Assembly (NCBI GenBank): GCA_016206155.1
Contig: JACQSC010000002.1
Span: 15,473 to 79,472, forward strand
Direction: 5' to 3'
Length of the DNA: 64,000 nucleotides
DNA from: Candidatus Uhrbacteria bacterium
GTDB taxonomy: Bacteria; Patescibacteriota; Patescibacteriia; JACQRZ01
In this document: positions 10,183 to 20,351 of the stretch, one piece after another
Layout: each line of letters starts with the position of its first letter
Numbering within the stretch: the first letter of the stretch is position 1
Notes under the pieces: model-generated
Told to the model about the DNA's origin: nothing
Database searches by the model: none
The model's input: the letters and a program-made list of their open reading frames with translations, nothing else
Position numbers and translations under genes: made by a program

Positions 10183-10305
10183 ACGACTTCCGCAGTTGGC
10201 ACATTTCTTCGTTACCGCCTCCGGTACGGGGACACCGTACTATTAGAGTACGCCTTACTCCGTTCCTCGGCGGTGCCTTGAACTGTACTCAACTGCGAGA
10301 GTCGT
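10183..10305. repeat. Inverted-repeat-bounded structured element upstream of uvrA
   Basis: ACGACTTCCGCAGTTG ... CAACTGCGAGAGTCGT (14/16 complementary) enclosing nested short palindromes. Confidence 0.55.
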
Positions 10306-10311
10306 AAAAAT

Positions 10312-13131
10312 ATGCAGCAACAATCGATTGTCATTCGCGGATGCCGCGTCAATAATTTAAAAAACGTTTCGCTTGATATTCCCCACAACGCGCTTGTTGT
10401 CTTCACGGGATTGTCGGGATCGGGAAAATCGTCTTTGGCGTTTGATACAATTTATGCCGAGGGACAGCGCCGATTCATGGAGAGCCTCTCAAGTTTTACC
10501 AAGCACTTTCTCGAAAACATCGACAAGCCTGACGTCGAGCGCATCGAGGGGCTTCCCCCCACGATCGCGATTGATCAACGCACCACATCCTCTTCGCCGC
10601 GCTCAACAGTCGGAACCGCTACCGAAATGTACGACGCCCTTCGCCTCCTCTTTGCTCGCGCGGGGACGCCACATTGTCCGCTCTGCGGCATCGAAGTTTC
10701 AGCGCGGACACGCCAACACATCATCCATGACGTGGGACAGCGCATTAAAAAGGGGGGTGCCGCTATCACCATTGCCGCCCCGCTTAAAAAAGGAGAGCAT
10801 ATCGATATCGATCGCATGCTTGAGGAGCTGGAAAAATTATCAATTCACGCCCTCCGTATTGACGGGCAATCATACACGCTTGCCAATCTCATTCGAAATC
10901 CTCGTGCAATGGACGGCGTCCATACGATCGATGTTATTGTCGATCGATTCGAGCATCCCGCCGAGGATGCGCGTGATTCTGCGCGTATTGTGCGATCCGT
11001 TCAGCGTGCGCTCGAATTTGGCGATGGAACACTGTCCATCTGGGAAGAAAAAATAAAACAAGGGACCACTATTACCGAACGGCTTACCTGCACCCGCTGC
11101 GCCTATACCGTTGAGCATCTCGAGCCGCGCCATTTTTCTTTTAATAACCCCACCGGGGCGTGCTCCCCGTGCGCCGGTCTTGGTGTCTTGCACCAGTTCG
11201 ATACCGAGCTCCTGATTCCCAATCAAAAGCTTACTGTTGCGCAAGGTGCAATTCATCCTCTTTCAAAATTTTATGCAAACACCCATGGGCTCATGCAGTC
11301 CATCAATGAGTTGCTTGTGGCGCTTGGCACATCAAACAGCGCCCCTTTGGAGGCATATACAAAAAAACAGCGCGACGGCCTTCTGTATGGCTTGAAAAAA
11401 GAATCATCCTTTGGCGGAGTAATCCCGTATCTGCAGACGAAATACGAGCAAAGCGACTCCGAGTATATTCGCGCTGAGTTGGAGACATATATGCGAATCT
11501 CAACCTGCTCTTCGTGCCATGGCAAGCGTCTAAAAAAAGACGCCCTTGCCGTCACCGTTGCAGGACATTCGATTGATCAAATTGTCGCCATGCCAATCGA
11601 ACATCTTCTGAAGCTTTTTCGCTCCTGTTCACTGAATCAGTCCCAGCGCGCAATTACCGAGCCGATTGTCAACGAAATACTCAACCGCGCACAGGCGCTC
11701 ACCCGCGTAGGTCTTTCCTACCTTGTTCTGGACCGCAGTATGCCGACGCTCTCAGGCGGAGAAGCGCAGCGCGTCAAACTCGCAGCACATGTCAGCACGT
11801 CACTTGTCGGCGTTGTCTACTGTCTGGACGAACCATCTGTGGGACTCCATCCGCGCGACACCGACCATCTTATTGCAACACTAAAAGAACTGCAGGGACT
11901 CGGTAACACCGTTATTGTTGTTGAACATGACAAACAGATTATTCTCGCCGCAGACAGCATCGTCGACATTGGACCTGGCGCCGGAAAGCAAGGGGGCACG
12001 ATTGTTGCCCAAGGATCCGCGCAGGACATCGTGAAGACAAAAGCCTCGCTGACCGGACGATATCTTTCTGGCGCAAAAGCAATCGCGCTTCCTCGCAAAA
12101 AGCGCATTCGCACAGACGCGTGTATCGATCTTGTCGGTGTCCGTGAGCATAACTTGAAAAATATCTCCGTCCGCATACCAACCGGAGCGCTGGTTGCAAT
12201 TACCGGCGTGTCTGGATCGGGAAAATCAAGCCTGGTGATCGACGTGTTAAGCAAAGCCCTCATGAAGCGATTCTACCGCAGCAAGGATATTCCGGGCGCG
12301 CATGACGACATCCGCGGCCTGGAATATATTGACAAGGCAATCGTTATCGATCAGGCGCCGATTGGGCGGACGCCGCGCAGCAATCCCATCACCTATACGA
12401 ATATCTTCACCCCCGTCCGCGAGCTATTCACCAATCTTCCCGAATCAAAAATCAGAGGGTTTACACCCGGCCATTTTAGTTTTAATGTAAAGGGGGGGCG
12501 GTGTGAAACGTGCCAGGGCGAAGGAATGATGCGTATCGATATGCGCTTCCTTTCGGATGTCTATGTCGAATGTGGCGACTGCGGAGGAAGGCGCTACACG
12601 CCCGATGCCCTTGAGGTTCATTTTGAGGGACTCTCCATTGCCGACGTGCTTGACTTGACTGTCAGCGAAGCGTGCGAGGTTTTCAAAAAGATTTCCCCGA
12701 TCTATGATAAGCTAAAGGTGCTTGCCGATGTTGGTCTTGGGTACATTCGTCTTGGGCAACCGGCTCCCACATTATCCGGCGGTGAGGCACAGCGCATCAA
12801 ACTTGCCGCAGAGCTTTCTCGGCGATCAACTGGACGAACCCTGACCATCCTCGATGAACCAACCACCGGACTCCACTTTGAAGATATCCAACAACTTCTC
12901 GGGGTGCTCGATGCGCTTGTCGCAAAAGGGAATACCGTCCTGATGATCGAACACAACCTTGACGTAATCCGTTGCGCGGATTGGATCATTGATTTGGGAC
13001 CTGAGGGTGGAGAAGCGGGCGGATATGTCGTCGCGCAAGGAAGCCCTTCTGATGTTGCCAACAATCCGCAGAGTATCACCGGCCGCTATTTGAAAAAGGC
13101 GTTGATTGAGCAAGGAGCTATGAAGAATTAA
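10312..13131 (+). CDS. uvrA: Excinuclease ABC subunit A
   Basis: Two ABC cassettes ([26 protein letters not shown] twice), zinc-finger CxxC pairs, GRTPRSNP. Confidence 0.95.
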   Translation: MQQQSIVIRGCRVNNLKNVSLDIPHNALVVFTGLSGSGKSSLAFDTIYAEGQRRFMESLSSFTKHFLENIDKPDVERIEGLPPTIAIDQRTTSSSPRSTVGTATEMYDALRLLFARAGTPHCPLCGIEVSARTRQHIIHDVGQRIKKGGAAITIAAPLKKGEHIDIDRMLEELEKLSIHALRIDGQSYTLANLIRNPRAMDGVHTIDVIVDRFEHPAEDARDSARIVRSVQRALEFGDGTLSIWEEKIKQGTTITERLTCTRCAYTVEHLEPRHFSFNNPTGACSPCAGLGVLHQFDTELLIPNQKLTVAQGAIHPLSKFYANTHGLMQSINELLVALGTSNSAPLEAYTKKQRDGLLYGLKKESSFGGVIPYLQTKYEQSDSEYIRAELETYMRISTCSSCHGKRLKKDALAVTVAGHSIDQIVAMPIEHLLKLFRSCSLNQSQRAITEPIVNEILNRAQALTRVGLSYLVLDRSMPTLSGGEAQRVKLAAHVSTSLVGVVYCLDEPSVGLHPRDTDHLIATLKELQGLGNTVIVVEHDKQIILAADSIVDIGPGAGKQGGTIVAQGSAQDIVKTKASLTGRYLSGAKAIALPRKKRIRTDACIDLVGVREHNLKNISVRIPTGALVAITGVSGSGKSSLVIDVLSKALMKRFYRSKDIPGAHDDIRGLEYIDKAIVIDQAPIGRTPRSNPITYTNIFTPVRELFTNLPESKIRGFTPGHFSFNVKGGRCETCQGEGMMRIDMRFLSDVYVECGDCGGRRYTPDALEVHFEGLSIADVLDLTVSEACEVFKKISPIYDKLKVLADVGLGYIRLGQPAPTLSGGEAQRIKLAAELSRRSTGRTLTILDEPTTGLHFEDIQQLLGVLDALVAKGNTVLMIEHNLDVIRCADWIIDLGPEGGEAGGYVVAQGSPSDVANNPQSITGRYLKKALIEQGAMKN

Positions 13132-13203
13132 GAATCAAGAATTAAGAATTAAGCAAAGGGATATTTGTATTATTCGTAATTCTTGATTCGTAATTCTTAA
13201 TTC
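13122..13203. repeat. Inverted heptamer arrays, minimal version of the mini-element
   Basis: GAATTAA/GAATCAA units, short spacer, then TAATTCN units; same arm sequences as 1433-1595. Confidence 0.7.
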
Positions 13204-13223
13204 CTCTCCGGAGGAAGGAGTGC

Positions 13224-15689
13224 ATGATGAGGCATAAAAACAGTGCAAGCTATAACCACGCTCACATCGAGCAGAAGTGGCAAGAATACTGGCGCGATCA
13301 TCAGACGTTTGCCGCCGCAAACGACTCACCAAAGGAAAAAAAATACATCCTCGTTGAATTTCCCTATCCATCCGGCGAAGGTCTTCATATGGGTCATTTG
13401 CGTCCGTACACGGCCGGCGACGTGATGAGCCGTTTTTGGCGCATGAGAGGATGCGAGGTGCTTTATCCTATGGGCTGGGATGCATTTGGCTTGCCAGCGG
13501 AGAATTACGCCATAAAGAAGGGAGTTCATCCCAGTATTTCGACTGAGCAAAATATCAAAAACGCAAAAAAGCAGCTCCAGAGCTGGGGAATGAGTTTTGA
13601 CTGGAGTCGTGAGGTGAATACCACCGATCCAGCATACTATCGATGGACCCAGTGGATCTTTTTGCAATTCTGGCATGCCGGACTGGCCTACGAGGCGGTA
13701 GGTCTGATTAATTGGTGTCCCAAAGATAAAACAGGACTTGCCAACGAGGAAGTTATTGATGGACGCTGCGAGCGATGCGGCGCAAAGGTTGAAAAAAAAG
13801 AACTGCGCCAATGGTATCTCAAAATTACGGCCTACGCCGAAAAATTGCTCACGGGCCTGGACCAGCTGCGGCAATGGCCTGATGCGGTCAAGCTTCAACA
13901 GGAACATTGGATCGGAAAAAGCGAAGGCTCCATGATTGACTTTCGCATCAAAAACACCACCCTGACCGTTTCGGTGTTTACCACGCGCCCCGATACGTTA
14001 TATGGCGTCACCGCTCTTGTTCTTGCGCCCGAACATCACATCATCAATGAACTCAAAACGCCGATCGGAAATATCCGCGAGGTGCGCGACTACATCGAAA
14101 AAGCGCGCAGCGCCTCTGACACAGAACGACTGGCAACAACACGCAAAAAAACCGGCGTTCCTCTCAAGGGCATCATGGCTATACATCCTGCGACAAAGGA
14201 GGAAATTCCACTATGGACCGCCGATTATGTCCTTGCGGCGTACGGCACAGGCGCTGTCATGAGTGTGCCGGCGCACGATGACCGCGATTTTGCTTTTGCA
14301 AAAAAATACGACCTTCCCATGAAAATCGTCATTATGCCTGATGATGCGCACGCCATTCTTTCCCGCGCGCGCCAGAACATAGCATATACCGGTTCTGGGG
14401 TGATGGTCGCTTCGGGTCCTTTTACCGGCATGCCATCGCAGGAAGCAAAGGACGCTATTGTAAAACACGTAAAGGGAAAGCGAGTCGTTCAGTACAAATT
14501 GCGCGATTGGGTATTTTCTCGACAGCGGTATTGGGGAGAACCAATCCCCCTCATTCACTGTTCAGCGTGCGGAATCGTTCCTGTTCCCGAAAAAGATTTG
14601 CCTGTCACTCTTCCAGACGTGGAAAAATATGAACCAACAGGCACGGGCGAATCTCCGCTCGCGGCAATTGAGGAGTGGGTGAACACGTCCTGCCCTCGCT
14701 GTAAAGGACGCGCGCGCCGTGAAACAAACACGATGCCGCAATGGGCGGGAAGCTGCTGGTACTTCCTGCGTTATACTGATCCGCATAACGCCGCCGCTTT
14801 TGCCGATAAAGAGGTCATGAAACAGTGGCTTCCCGTAGATATATACTTCGGCGGTGCGGAACACATAACGCTTCACCTCCTCTATTCCCGTTTTTGGAAT
14901 CTTTTCCTTTATGACCAACAGCTTGTTCCCGTGAAAGAACCATACACTCGCCGCGCCATTCACGGCATCATTTTGGGACCCGACGGAGAGAAAATGAGCA
15001 AAAGCCGCGGGAACGTCGTGAACCCGAACGATCTCGTATCGTCCTATGGCGCAGACACCGTCCGCATGTATGAATTGTTCCTCGGACCCCATGAGGCAAC
15101 GGTCGCATGGAATGACAATGGAATCATCGGGATCCGGCGCTTTATCGAGCGCGTATGGCGACTGTATGCCGACTGTTTTATCGATGACGAAAGTGCATCG
15201 ACGCCGCCTTCCCCAATGGCGATAAAAAGCGTTCATCGCGCAATAAAAAAAGTAACCGACGACATCAATGCAATGAAATTCAATACGGCCATAAGCGCCA
15301 TGATGATGTGCGTCAACGAACTGTACGATGCGTGCAGTGAAAAAAAACATTCCCTCCCCAAAGAACTTCAAGGGGCCTTCGTGCGCATCCTCTCTCCGTT
15401 CGCGCCGCATATCGCGGAAGAACTCTGGCGTATGATGGGACATCAGGGCACTCTTGCGTATGAGCCGTGGCCATCATATGATGAAGCGCTGATCAGAGAG
15501 GCTATGTTCACCCTCGCGGTGCAAATCAACGGCAAAACCCGCGACACCTTTGCGTGCGATGTCGGCACGAGTGAAAAAAAGCTAATCAGTCTAGCGCGTG
15601 AACGGCCGAAAGTAAAAAAATGGATCGAAGGAAAGAACATTAAAAAAACGATTTATATTAAGGGGCGATTAATCAATCTGATCATATGA
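13224..15689 (+). CDS. leuS: Leucyl-tRNA synthetase
   Basis: FPYPSGEGLHMGH, FTTRPDT, RQRYWGEPIP, KMSKS. Confidence 0.97.
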   Translation: MMRHKNSASYNHAHIEQKWQEYWRDHQTFAAANDSPKEKKYILVEFPYPSGEGLHMGHLRPYTAGDVMSRFWRMRGCEVLYPMGWDAFGLPAENYAIKKGVHPSISTEQNIKNAKKQLQSWGMSFDWSREVNTTDPAYYRWTQWIFLQFWHAGLAYEAVGLINWCPKDKTGLANEEVIDGRCERCGAKVEKKELRQWYLKITAYAEKLLTGLDQLRQWPDAVKLQQEHWIGKSEGSMIDFRIKNTTLTVSVFTTRPDTLYGVTALVLAPEHHIINELKTPIGNIREVRDYIEKARSASDTERLATTRKKTGVPLKGIMAIHPATKEEIPLWTADYVLAAYGTGAVMSVPAHDDRDFAFAKKYDLPMKIVIMPDDAHAILSRARQNIAYTGSGVMVASGPFTGMPSQEAKDAIVKHVKGKRVVQYKLRDWVFSRQRYWGEPIPLIHCSACGIVPVPEKDLPVTLPDVEKYEPTGTGESPLAAIEEWVNTSCPRCKGRARRETNTMPQWAGSCWYFLRYTDPHNAAAFADKEVMKQWLPVDIYFGGAEHITLHLLYSRFWNLFLYDQQLVPVKEPYTRRAIHGIILGPDGEKMSKSRGNVVNPNDLVSSYGADTVRMYELFLGPHEATVAWNDNGIIGIRRFIERVWRLYADCFIDDESASTPPSPMAIKSVHRAIKKVTDDINAMKFNTAISAMMMCVNELYDACSEKKHSLPKELQGAFVRILSPFAPHIAEELWRMMGHQGTLAYEPWPSYDEALIREAMFTLAVQINGKTRDTFACDVGTSEKKLISLARERPKVKKWIEGKNIKKTIYIKGRLINLII

Positions 15690-16543
15690 CCAAGTCTCCC
15701 GACCGCTTCTCCGAGCTCACCAATCGCATCTTCGGCGAGCAAAAAACTCTTGATGCGCTTTTAAAAGGTGGCGAGAAGAAAGAAGCAATAGTTGCTCAAC
15801 TTGTCTCCGAGCTTCGGGATGATTTTCCCGGGCAAGAGGATTTTGTAAAAGACCTTTCCCAAATGCTTGCAATTGAGGGCGATGATGGCGTGACGAATCG
15901 GCGCGACGGTGCATTGGCCGTTCTTACTGATTTTGCCTTTTTTGATATCATAGAAAATCAGACCGCTGTTGCATACCAGGCGTATCTTGACGCAGTCAAA
16001 CAGCAAGATAAAGATAATAATCCTTTTTCCGGCTCCATTGACGCGCTTCTGGAAGCGGGAAAAATTATTGGGCCATTTGTCTTCAAGGCAAATGGAAATA
16101 AGTACTTCAAAAGAGAAAAGATTATCGCCGCCTGGGAAAAAGTAAAGGATAATTTTTTTGACGACGATGCGCTGCACATCGAAAGAAAACTGTTAAAAAT
16201 CAAAAAAAGCATGAAAAAAAATGGCGCGCTGCTTCTCAAGGTGGAAACCCTAAGAAATCGAAAAGGCGTGTACCTATCAAGAGATGAAATGGCTGCAATG
16301 CTGAAAGAACCATTGTGGGCAATCGACGGCGCAATAGGTATTCTTATTTATGAAAAAAGGGTTGCGGCTCGCGGGAGAAATAATGAAGAAAAGATGGCTT
16401 TCGATGATCGTGTCCTTGCATTAAAAGAACAAGGAATGACAAAACTGGCGATTGCGGATGAGCTCGGTGTAATGGAGAGTCCTGTCTCGGAAGCGCTCAC
16501 GCGGCTTTATAGCGCGGGACGTATAAAAAAACGTGGGAGATAA
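15686..16543 (+). CDS. Hypothetical protein with C-terminal tandem HTH-like regions; paralog of 17869-18750
   Basis: ORF overlaps the leuS stop; GMTKLAIADELGV...VSEALTRL is HTH-like. Confidence 0.65.
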   Translation: MTKSPDRFSELTNRIFGEQKTLDALLKGGEKKEAIVAQLVSELRDDFPGQEDFVKDLSQMLAIEGDDGVTNRRDGALAVLTDFAFFDIIENQTAVAYQAYLDAVKQQDKDNNPFSGSIDALLEAGKIIGPFVFKANGNKYFKREKIIAAWEKVKDNFFDDDALHIERKLLKIKKSMKKNGALLLKVETLRNRKGVYLSRDEMAAMLKEPLWAIDGAIGILIYEKRVAARGRNNEEKMAFDDRVLALKEQGMTKLAIADELGVMESPVSEALTRLYSAGRIKKRGR

Positions 16544-16559
16544 AAAACCTAAACCATAA

Positions 16560-17858
16560 ATGACTCCTATGCATCTTTCGAAAACCGATCCGGAACTCGC
16601 ACAGCTTCTCCAGCATGAACTTATCCGAGAGCGCGACGGCCTTGAACTTATTCCATCGGAAAATATCGTATCCCCCGCAGTCCTTGAAGCGCTCGGCTCG
16701 GTTGGCACCAATAAATACTCCGAAGGGTATCCGGGCAAACGGTATTATGGCGGTCAGGAGTTTGTGGACAAGATTGAATCGCTTGCGATTGAAAGGGCAA
16801 AAAAATTGTTCGATGTGACGCACGCAAACGTTCAGCCCTACTCTGGATCGCCGGCAAATCAGGCTGTGTGTTTTGCGCTTTTGGAGCCGGGAGAAAAACT
16901 CATGGGTATGCATCTCCTGTATGGCGGCCACCTCACGCACGGGTGGAAAGTGAATTTTTCCTCAAAATACTATACCGCCGTCCAGTATCCGACCGGGAAA
17001 GACGGGTATCTTGATTATGATGAAATTGGCCGCATCGCGCGCGAAGAAAAACCGAAACTTATCTTTATTGGCGCAACCGCCTATCCGCGGATCTTTGATT
17101 TCGCGCGGTTTGCGGAAATTGCGCATGATGTTGACGCATATCTTGTTGCCGACATCTCTCATGTATCCGGTCTTATCATCGGCGGCGTGCACCCTTCACC
17201 GGTTGGATGCGCCGATGTCATTACAACAACAACTCACAAAACGCTTCGCGGACCGCGCGGAGCCATGATTCTTTGCAATGGAGAGGAGAGCAATTTCTTG
17301 AAGCCCCCGCCGGAAAAATCACGCCGCTATTTGCCGACACTCATAGATCGCGCAGTCTTCCCGGGATTGCAGGGCGGCCCCCATGATCATCAAACAGCCG
17401 CGATTGCGGTTGCGCTCCATGAAGCCGCGCAACCCGAATTCAAAGAGTATGCGGCGCAAATTGTGCGGAATGCGAAATCGTTAGCCGATCATCTGCTGTC
17501 CTATGGTTTTACTCTTATTTCTGGGGGCACAGACAATCACATGCTTCTTGTCGACGTAACGGCAAAAGGCTTAACAGGCAAAATTGCTGAAAAAACTCTT
17601 GACGAAGTCGGCATTACCGTCAATAAGAACACCATTCCGTTTGATACGCGCTCGCCCTACGACCCTTCAGGTATTCGTATCGGGACGCCTTCGCTGACGA
17701 CACGCGGAATGAAGGAATCGGAGGTTGCAATCATCGCCGATGTGATAAACCGCGTTCTTCATCATCCTGACGATGATGCTCTCAAGCGCCGGTGTCATCA
17801 AATAATCAAAGACCTTTGCGCACAGTTCCCGATTTACCCCGATCTTTCATATCTTTAA
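16560..17858 (+). CDS. glyA: Serine hydroxymethyltransferase
   Basis: LIPSEN, NKYSEGYPGKRYYGG, TTTTHKTLRGPRG. Confidence 0.97.
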   Translation: MTPMHLSKTDPELAQLLQHELIRERDGLELIPSENIVSPAVLEALGSVGTNKYSEGYPGKRYYGGQEFVDKIESLAIERAKKLFDVTHANVQPYSGSPANQAVCFALLEPGEKLMGMHLLYGGHLTHGWKVNFSSKYYTAVQYPTGKDGYLDYDEIGRIAREEKPKLIFIGATAYPRIFDFARFAEIAHDVDAYLVADISHVSGLIIGGVHPSPVGCADVITTTTHKTLRGPRGAMILCNGEESNFLKPPPEKSRRYLPTLIDRAVFPGLQGGPHDHQTAAIAVALHEAAQPEFKEYAAQIVRNAKSLADHLLSYGFTLISGGTDNHMLLVDVTAKGLTGKIAEKTLDEVGITVNKNTIPFDTRSPYDPSGIRIGTPSLTTRGMKESEVAIIADVINRVLHHPDDDALKRRCHQIIKDLCAQFPIYPDLSYL

Positions 17859-17868
17859 TTTTTTTCCT

Positions 17869-18750
17869 ATGCAAGAAGGATATCCAACCGGCGCGCCGAG
17901 CCTGCCCGATGATCTTGCCCAACTACTTACGACACCGGGAACATTGAACGCGCTTCTTATCGAGAAAGGAGAGCGCAGTAGTGCTATTATTCAAAAGCTT
18001 GCGGAGGAGATGGAGCGCCATCCCGAACGACAAGAAGAGTCGCTCACGGGACTGATTCGTGCCATGGGCTATTTCGAGGCGACAAACCAGCGTGGCGCCG
18101 CTTTTGAAATCATAAAAAATCCGCTTTTGGCGCGAATGATTACCCTTCACTCACATGCCATTCATGCGTCATATCTCGATGTCGTCGGACGGCAAACCTC
18201 TGAAGGAAGCATGGCCCCTGATTCTCCTATCCGTGTTCTTCTTGACGCTGGGATAGCGCTTTCTCCCTATCTCGCGTGGGACGCTAAACGAGAATGGAGG
18301 GAGGTGCGAATGGCATGGAATGCGCTTGCCGATCGATATCCCGGACTCAATCAACAATTCAACATTCGACTTGATTTCCTTGAAATGTATGAACGGCGAT
18401 CGCCCGATCCGGTGCTTGACTGGCGCGTACAAGATCTTCGAAACAGCAGGAGGAATATAACCGCGAAGGAGATTGCAAAAAAAGCGCCCGCGTCCGAATC
18501 GGCAGTCAATACTTCCATCGCGCGCCTCATCAGGGACGAACGTGTCAGAAAACTAAACGCGCGTTCTCCGGAGCAACAAGCGCGGCACGAAAAAATAAAA
18601 CAAGAAGTAGATAGGCTTTTGGCGAACGATATCCGCCCTCAGATTATCGCGAAACTTTTGAATATAGATGCGAATAAAGTCTATGCGGCGAGGAGTGAGC
18701 TGGCTATTGAGAAAGAAATTGCAAAAAGATCACATGAAGAAAACACCTAA
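17869..18750 (+). CDS. Hypothetical protein with C-terminal tandem HTH-like regions; paralog of 15686-16543
   Basis: TAKEIAKK...AVNTSIARL and PQIIAKLLNID..KVY are HTH-like. Confidence 0.65.
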   Translation: MQEGYPTGAPSLPDDLAQLLTTPGTLNALLIEKGERSSAIIQKLAEEMERHPERQEESLTGLIRAMGYFEATNQRGAAFEIIKNPLLARMITLHSHAIHASYLDVVGRQTSEGSMAPDSPIRVLLDAGIALSPYLAWDAKREWREVRMAWNALADRYPGLNQQFNIRLDFLEMYERRSPDPVLDWRVQDLRNSRRNITAKEIAKKAPASESAVNTSIARLIRDERVRKLNARSPEQQARHEKIKQEVDRLLANDIRPQIIAKLLNIDANKVYAARSELAIEKEIAKRSHEENT

Positions 18751-19774
18751 CATCTACCTTTTCTGCGGCCCTGACAGTTTTTCCATTACGGAAAAAATAA
18801 CGTCGTGGAAGGCGCGCTTCGCGCAAAAGTATGGAGCGGGCGGCATCAGCGTTTTTGATTGCGAAGAGCTCGGCGATGATGTGCTCATGCTGCAGGGCGT
18901 AAAAAATGCCCTTTCCGGCAGAACGCTATTTAGCGCAATATCCCTCATCATTATAAAAAACGTCTTCTCTAAAAAAGCAGGGGGGTGCCAAGAGATGCTG
19001 TGCCGCTATCTCCCTGCGCTTTCAAGCGATGCTTTTTGCGTTCTTATTGACGAAAAACGCGATCCGAAATCAGAGCTTTCCAAACTCCTCACCCAGCTGT
19101 CAAAGGAGGGCGTATGCTCGATTGAAGAGTTTATCATTCCGGCCGGCCACGCACTCAAGAAGTGGCTTGTCGCCCGCGCACAACATCATGGCGGATCGTT
19201 TGAGCCTCGTGCGCTTGTCTTCTTTACAGGCGCACTTGAACAGCAGGGTGATACCAAAGAAGATGCATCAGGGATCTCTCTTTGGCATCTTGATAATGAA
19301 ATAAGAAAACTTGTATCGTATAGCGCGGGCAAGCCCATTACCGCCGCTGCCATTGAGGCGCTGTCCTGCCTTCCGGCATCGGCGCATATCTTTGAACTCT
19401 CTGATGCGCTGCTTGCAGGAAATACAGCAACCGCGCTTCACAATATTCATCGCCTCATAGGACCATATAAAACAGGCATGCACGCGCCTTTGCTGCGCGC
19501 TCTCGCATTTCTTATGACACAATTCCGATCGTTTCTTATACTGAAAAATATGGAGGAGGGCGGCGAACCTGAGCAAGTGATCGCCGAAACACTTTCTTGG
19601 AATCCGAGGCGCGTCTGGGTTGTTCGAAATAAATTAAGCCGCCACACGACCACATCCATGAAAAGCGCCTATACAGGACTTCTCGACCTTGAACGCATCA
19701 TAAAAACGGGAAGCGGCGACGCGCTCCTCTCGTTCGATATTTTTATAAAAAAAACTACTGAACCCGCTCAGTAG
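18734..19774 (+). CDS. holA: DNA polymerase III delta subunit
   Basis: YLFCGPD, NEIRKL, IFELSDAL, IKTG; adjacent to rpsT as is typical. Confidence 0.85.
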   Translation: MKKTPNIYLFCGPDSFSITEKITSWKARFAQKYGAGGISVFDCEELGDDVLMLQGVKNALSGRTLFSAISLIIIKNVFSKKAGGCQEMLCRYLPALSSDAFCVLIDEKRDPKSELSKLLTQLSKEGVCSIEEFIIPAGHALKKWLVARAQHHGGSFEPRALVFFTGALEQQGDTKEDASGISLWHLDNEIRKLVSYSAGKPITAAAIEALSCLPASAHIFELSDALLAGNTATALHNIHRLIGPYKTGMHAPLLRALAFLMTQFRSFLILKNMEEGGEPEQVIAETLSWNPRRVWVVRNKLSRHTTTSMKSAYTGLLDLERIIKTGSGDALLSFDIFIKKTTEPAQ

Positions 19775-19780
19775 TTTTTT
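19749..19780. terminator. Bidirectional terminator between holA and rpsT
   Basis: AAAAAACTACTG-loop-CAGTAGTTTTTT between convergent genes. Confidence 0.7.
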
Positions 19781-19786
19781 GGCGTA

Positions 19787-20059
19787 TTACGCTGTCTTTT
19801 TCAATGTATTGATCTTCTTGGCAAGTCGTGACTTACGGCGGTTTGCCGTATTTTTCTTTACAATGTTCCGCTTCGCCGCCTTATCAACGCTTTTGACAAG
19901 CTTTTTATAAAAATCCTCCGCCCGCGCGGCATCCTTCTTTTCAACGGCCTTTTGCGTTTGTTTCTTTAAGTATGCCAAGTGTTCCTTCACATTCTTATTC
20001 CGCTTTGCGCGTTTTTTTGTTTGTCTGATGTCTTTGAGCGCTGCTTGTTTGTGAGCCAT
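19787..20059 (-). CDS. rpsT: 30S ribosomal protein S20
   Basis: AALKDIRQTKKR..RN, VDKAAKRNIVKKNTANRRKSRL. Confidence 0.93.
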   Translation of the reverse strand: MAHKQAALKDIRQTKKRAKRNKNVKEHLAYLKKQTQKAVEKKDAARAEDFYKKLVKSVDKAAKRNIVKKNTANRRKSRLAKKINTLKKTA

Positions 20060-20115
20060 AAAAAATTTCAAATTTATAATTTCAGATTTATCAAAATACA
20101 AGGTGTCAATTCGAG

Positions 20116-20168
20116 GAAATGGGGTCTGGCTCAATTTCCTGAAAGGAATTTGTGCCTGACCTCATTTC
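20116..20168. repeat. REP-like hairpin (AAATGGGGTCTGG family)
   Basis: GAAATGGGGTCTGGC...GCCTGACCTCATTTC; related copies at about 25081, 42298 and 63030. Confidence 0.6.
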
Positions 20169-20269
20169 ATTTCTATCTGAATCGAAGAGAAGAAACAGTC
20201 TTGTTCGTTTTCTTGCGATGCTTTTTCTGCGCTATTTTTTTCTTTTTGTACATATTAATTTTTATTTAA

Positions 20270-20346
20270 TGGCGGGCCGTACGGGATTCGAACCCGTGCT
20301 CTATCGCGTGACAGGCGATTGTTTTAACCGGCTAAACTAACGGCCC
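20270..20346 (-). tRNA. tRNA-Asp(GTC)
   Basis: GGGCCGT...ACGGCCCGCCA cloverleaf, anticodon loop CTGTCAC. Confidence 0.95.
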
Positions 20347-20351
20347 ATGGA

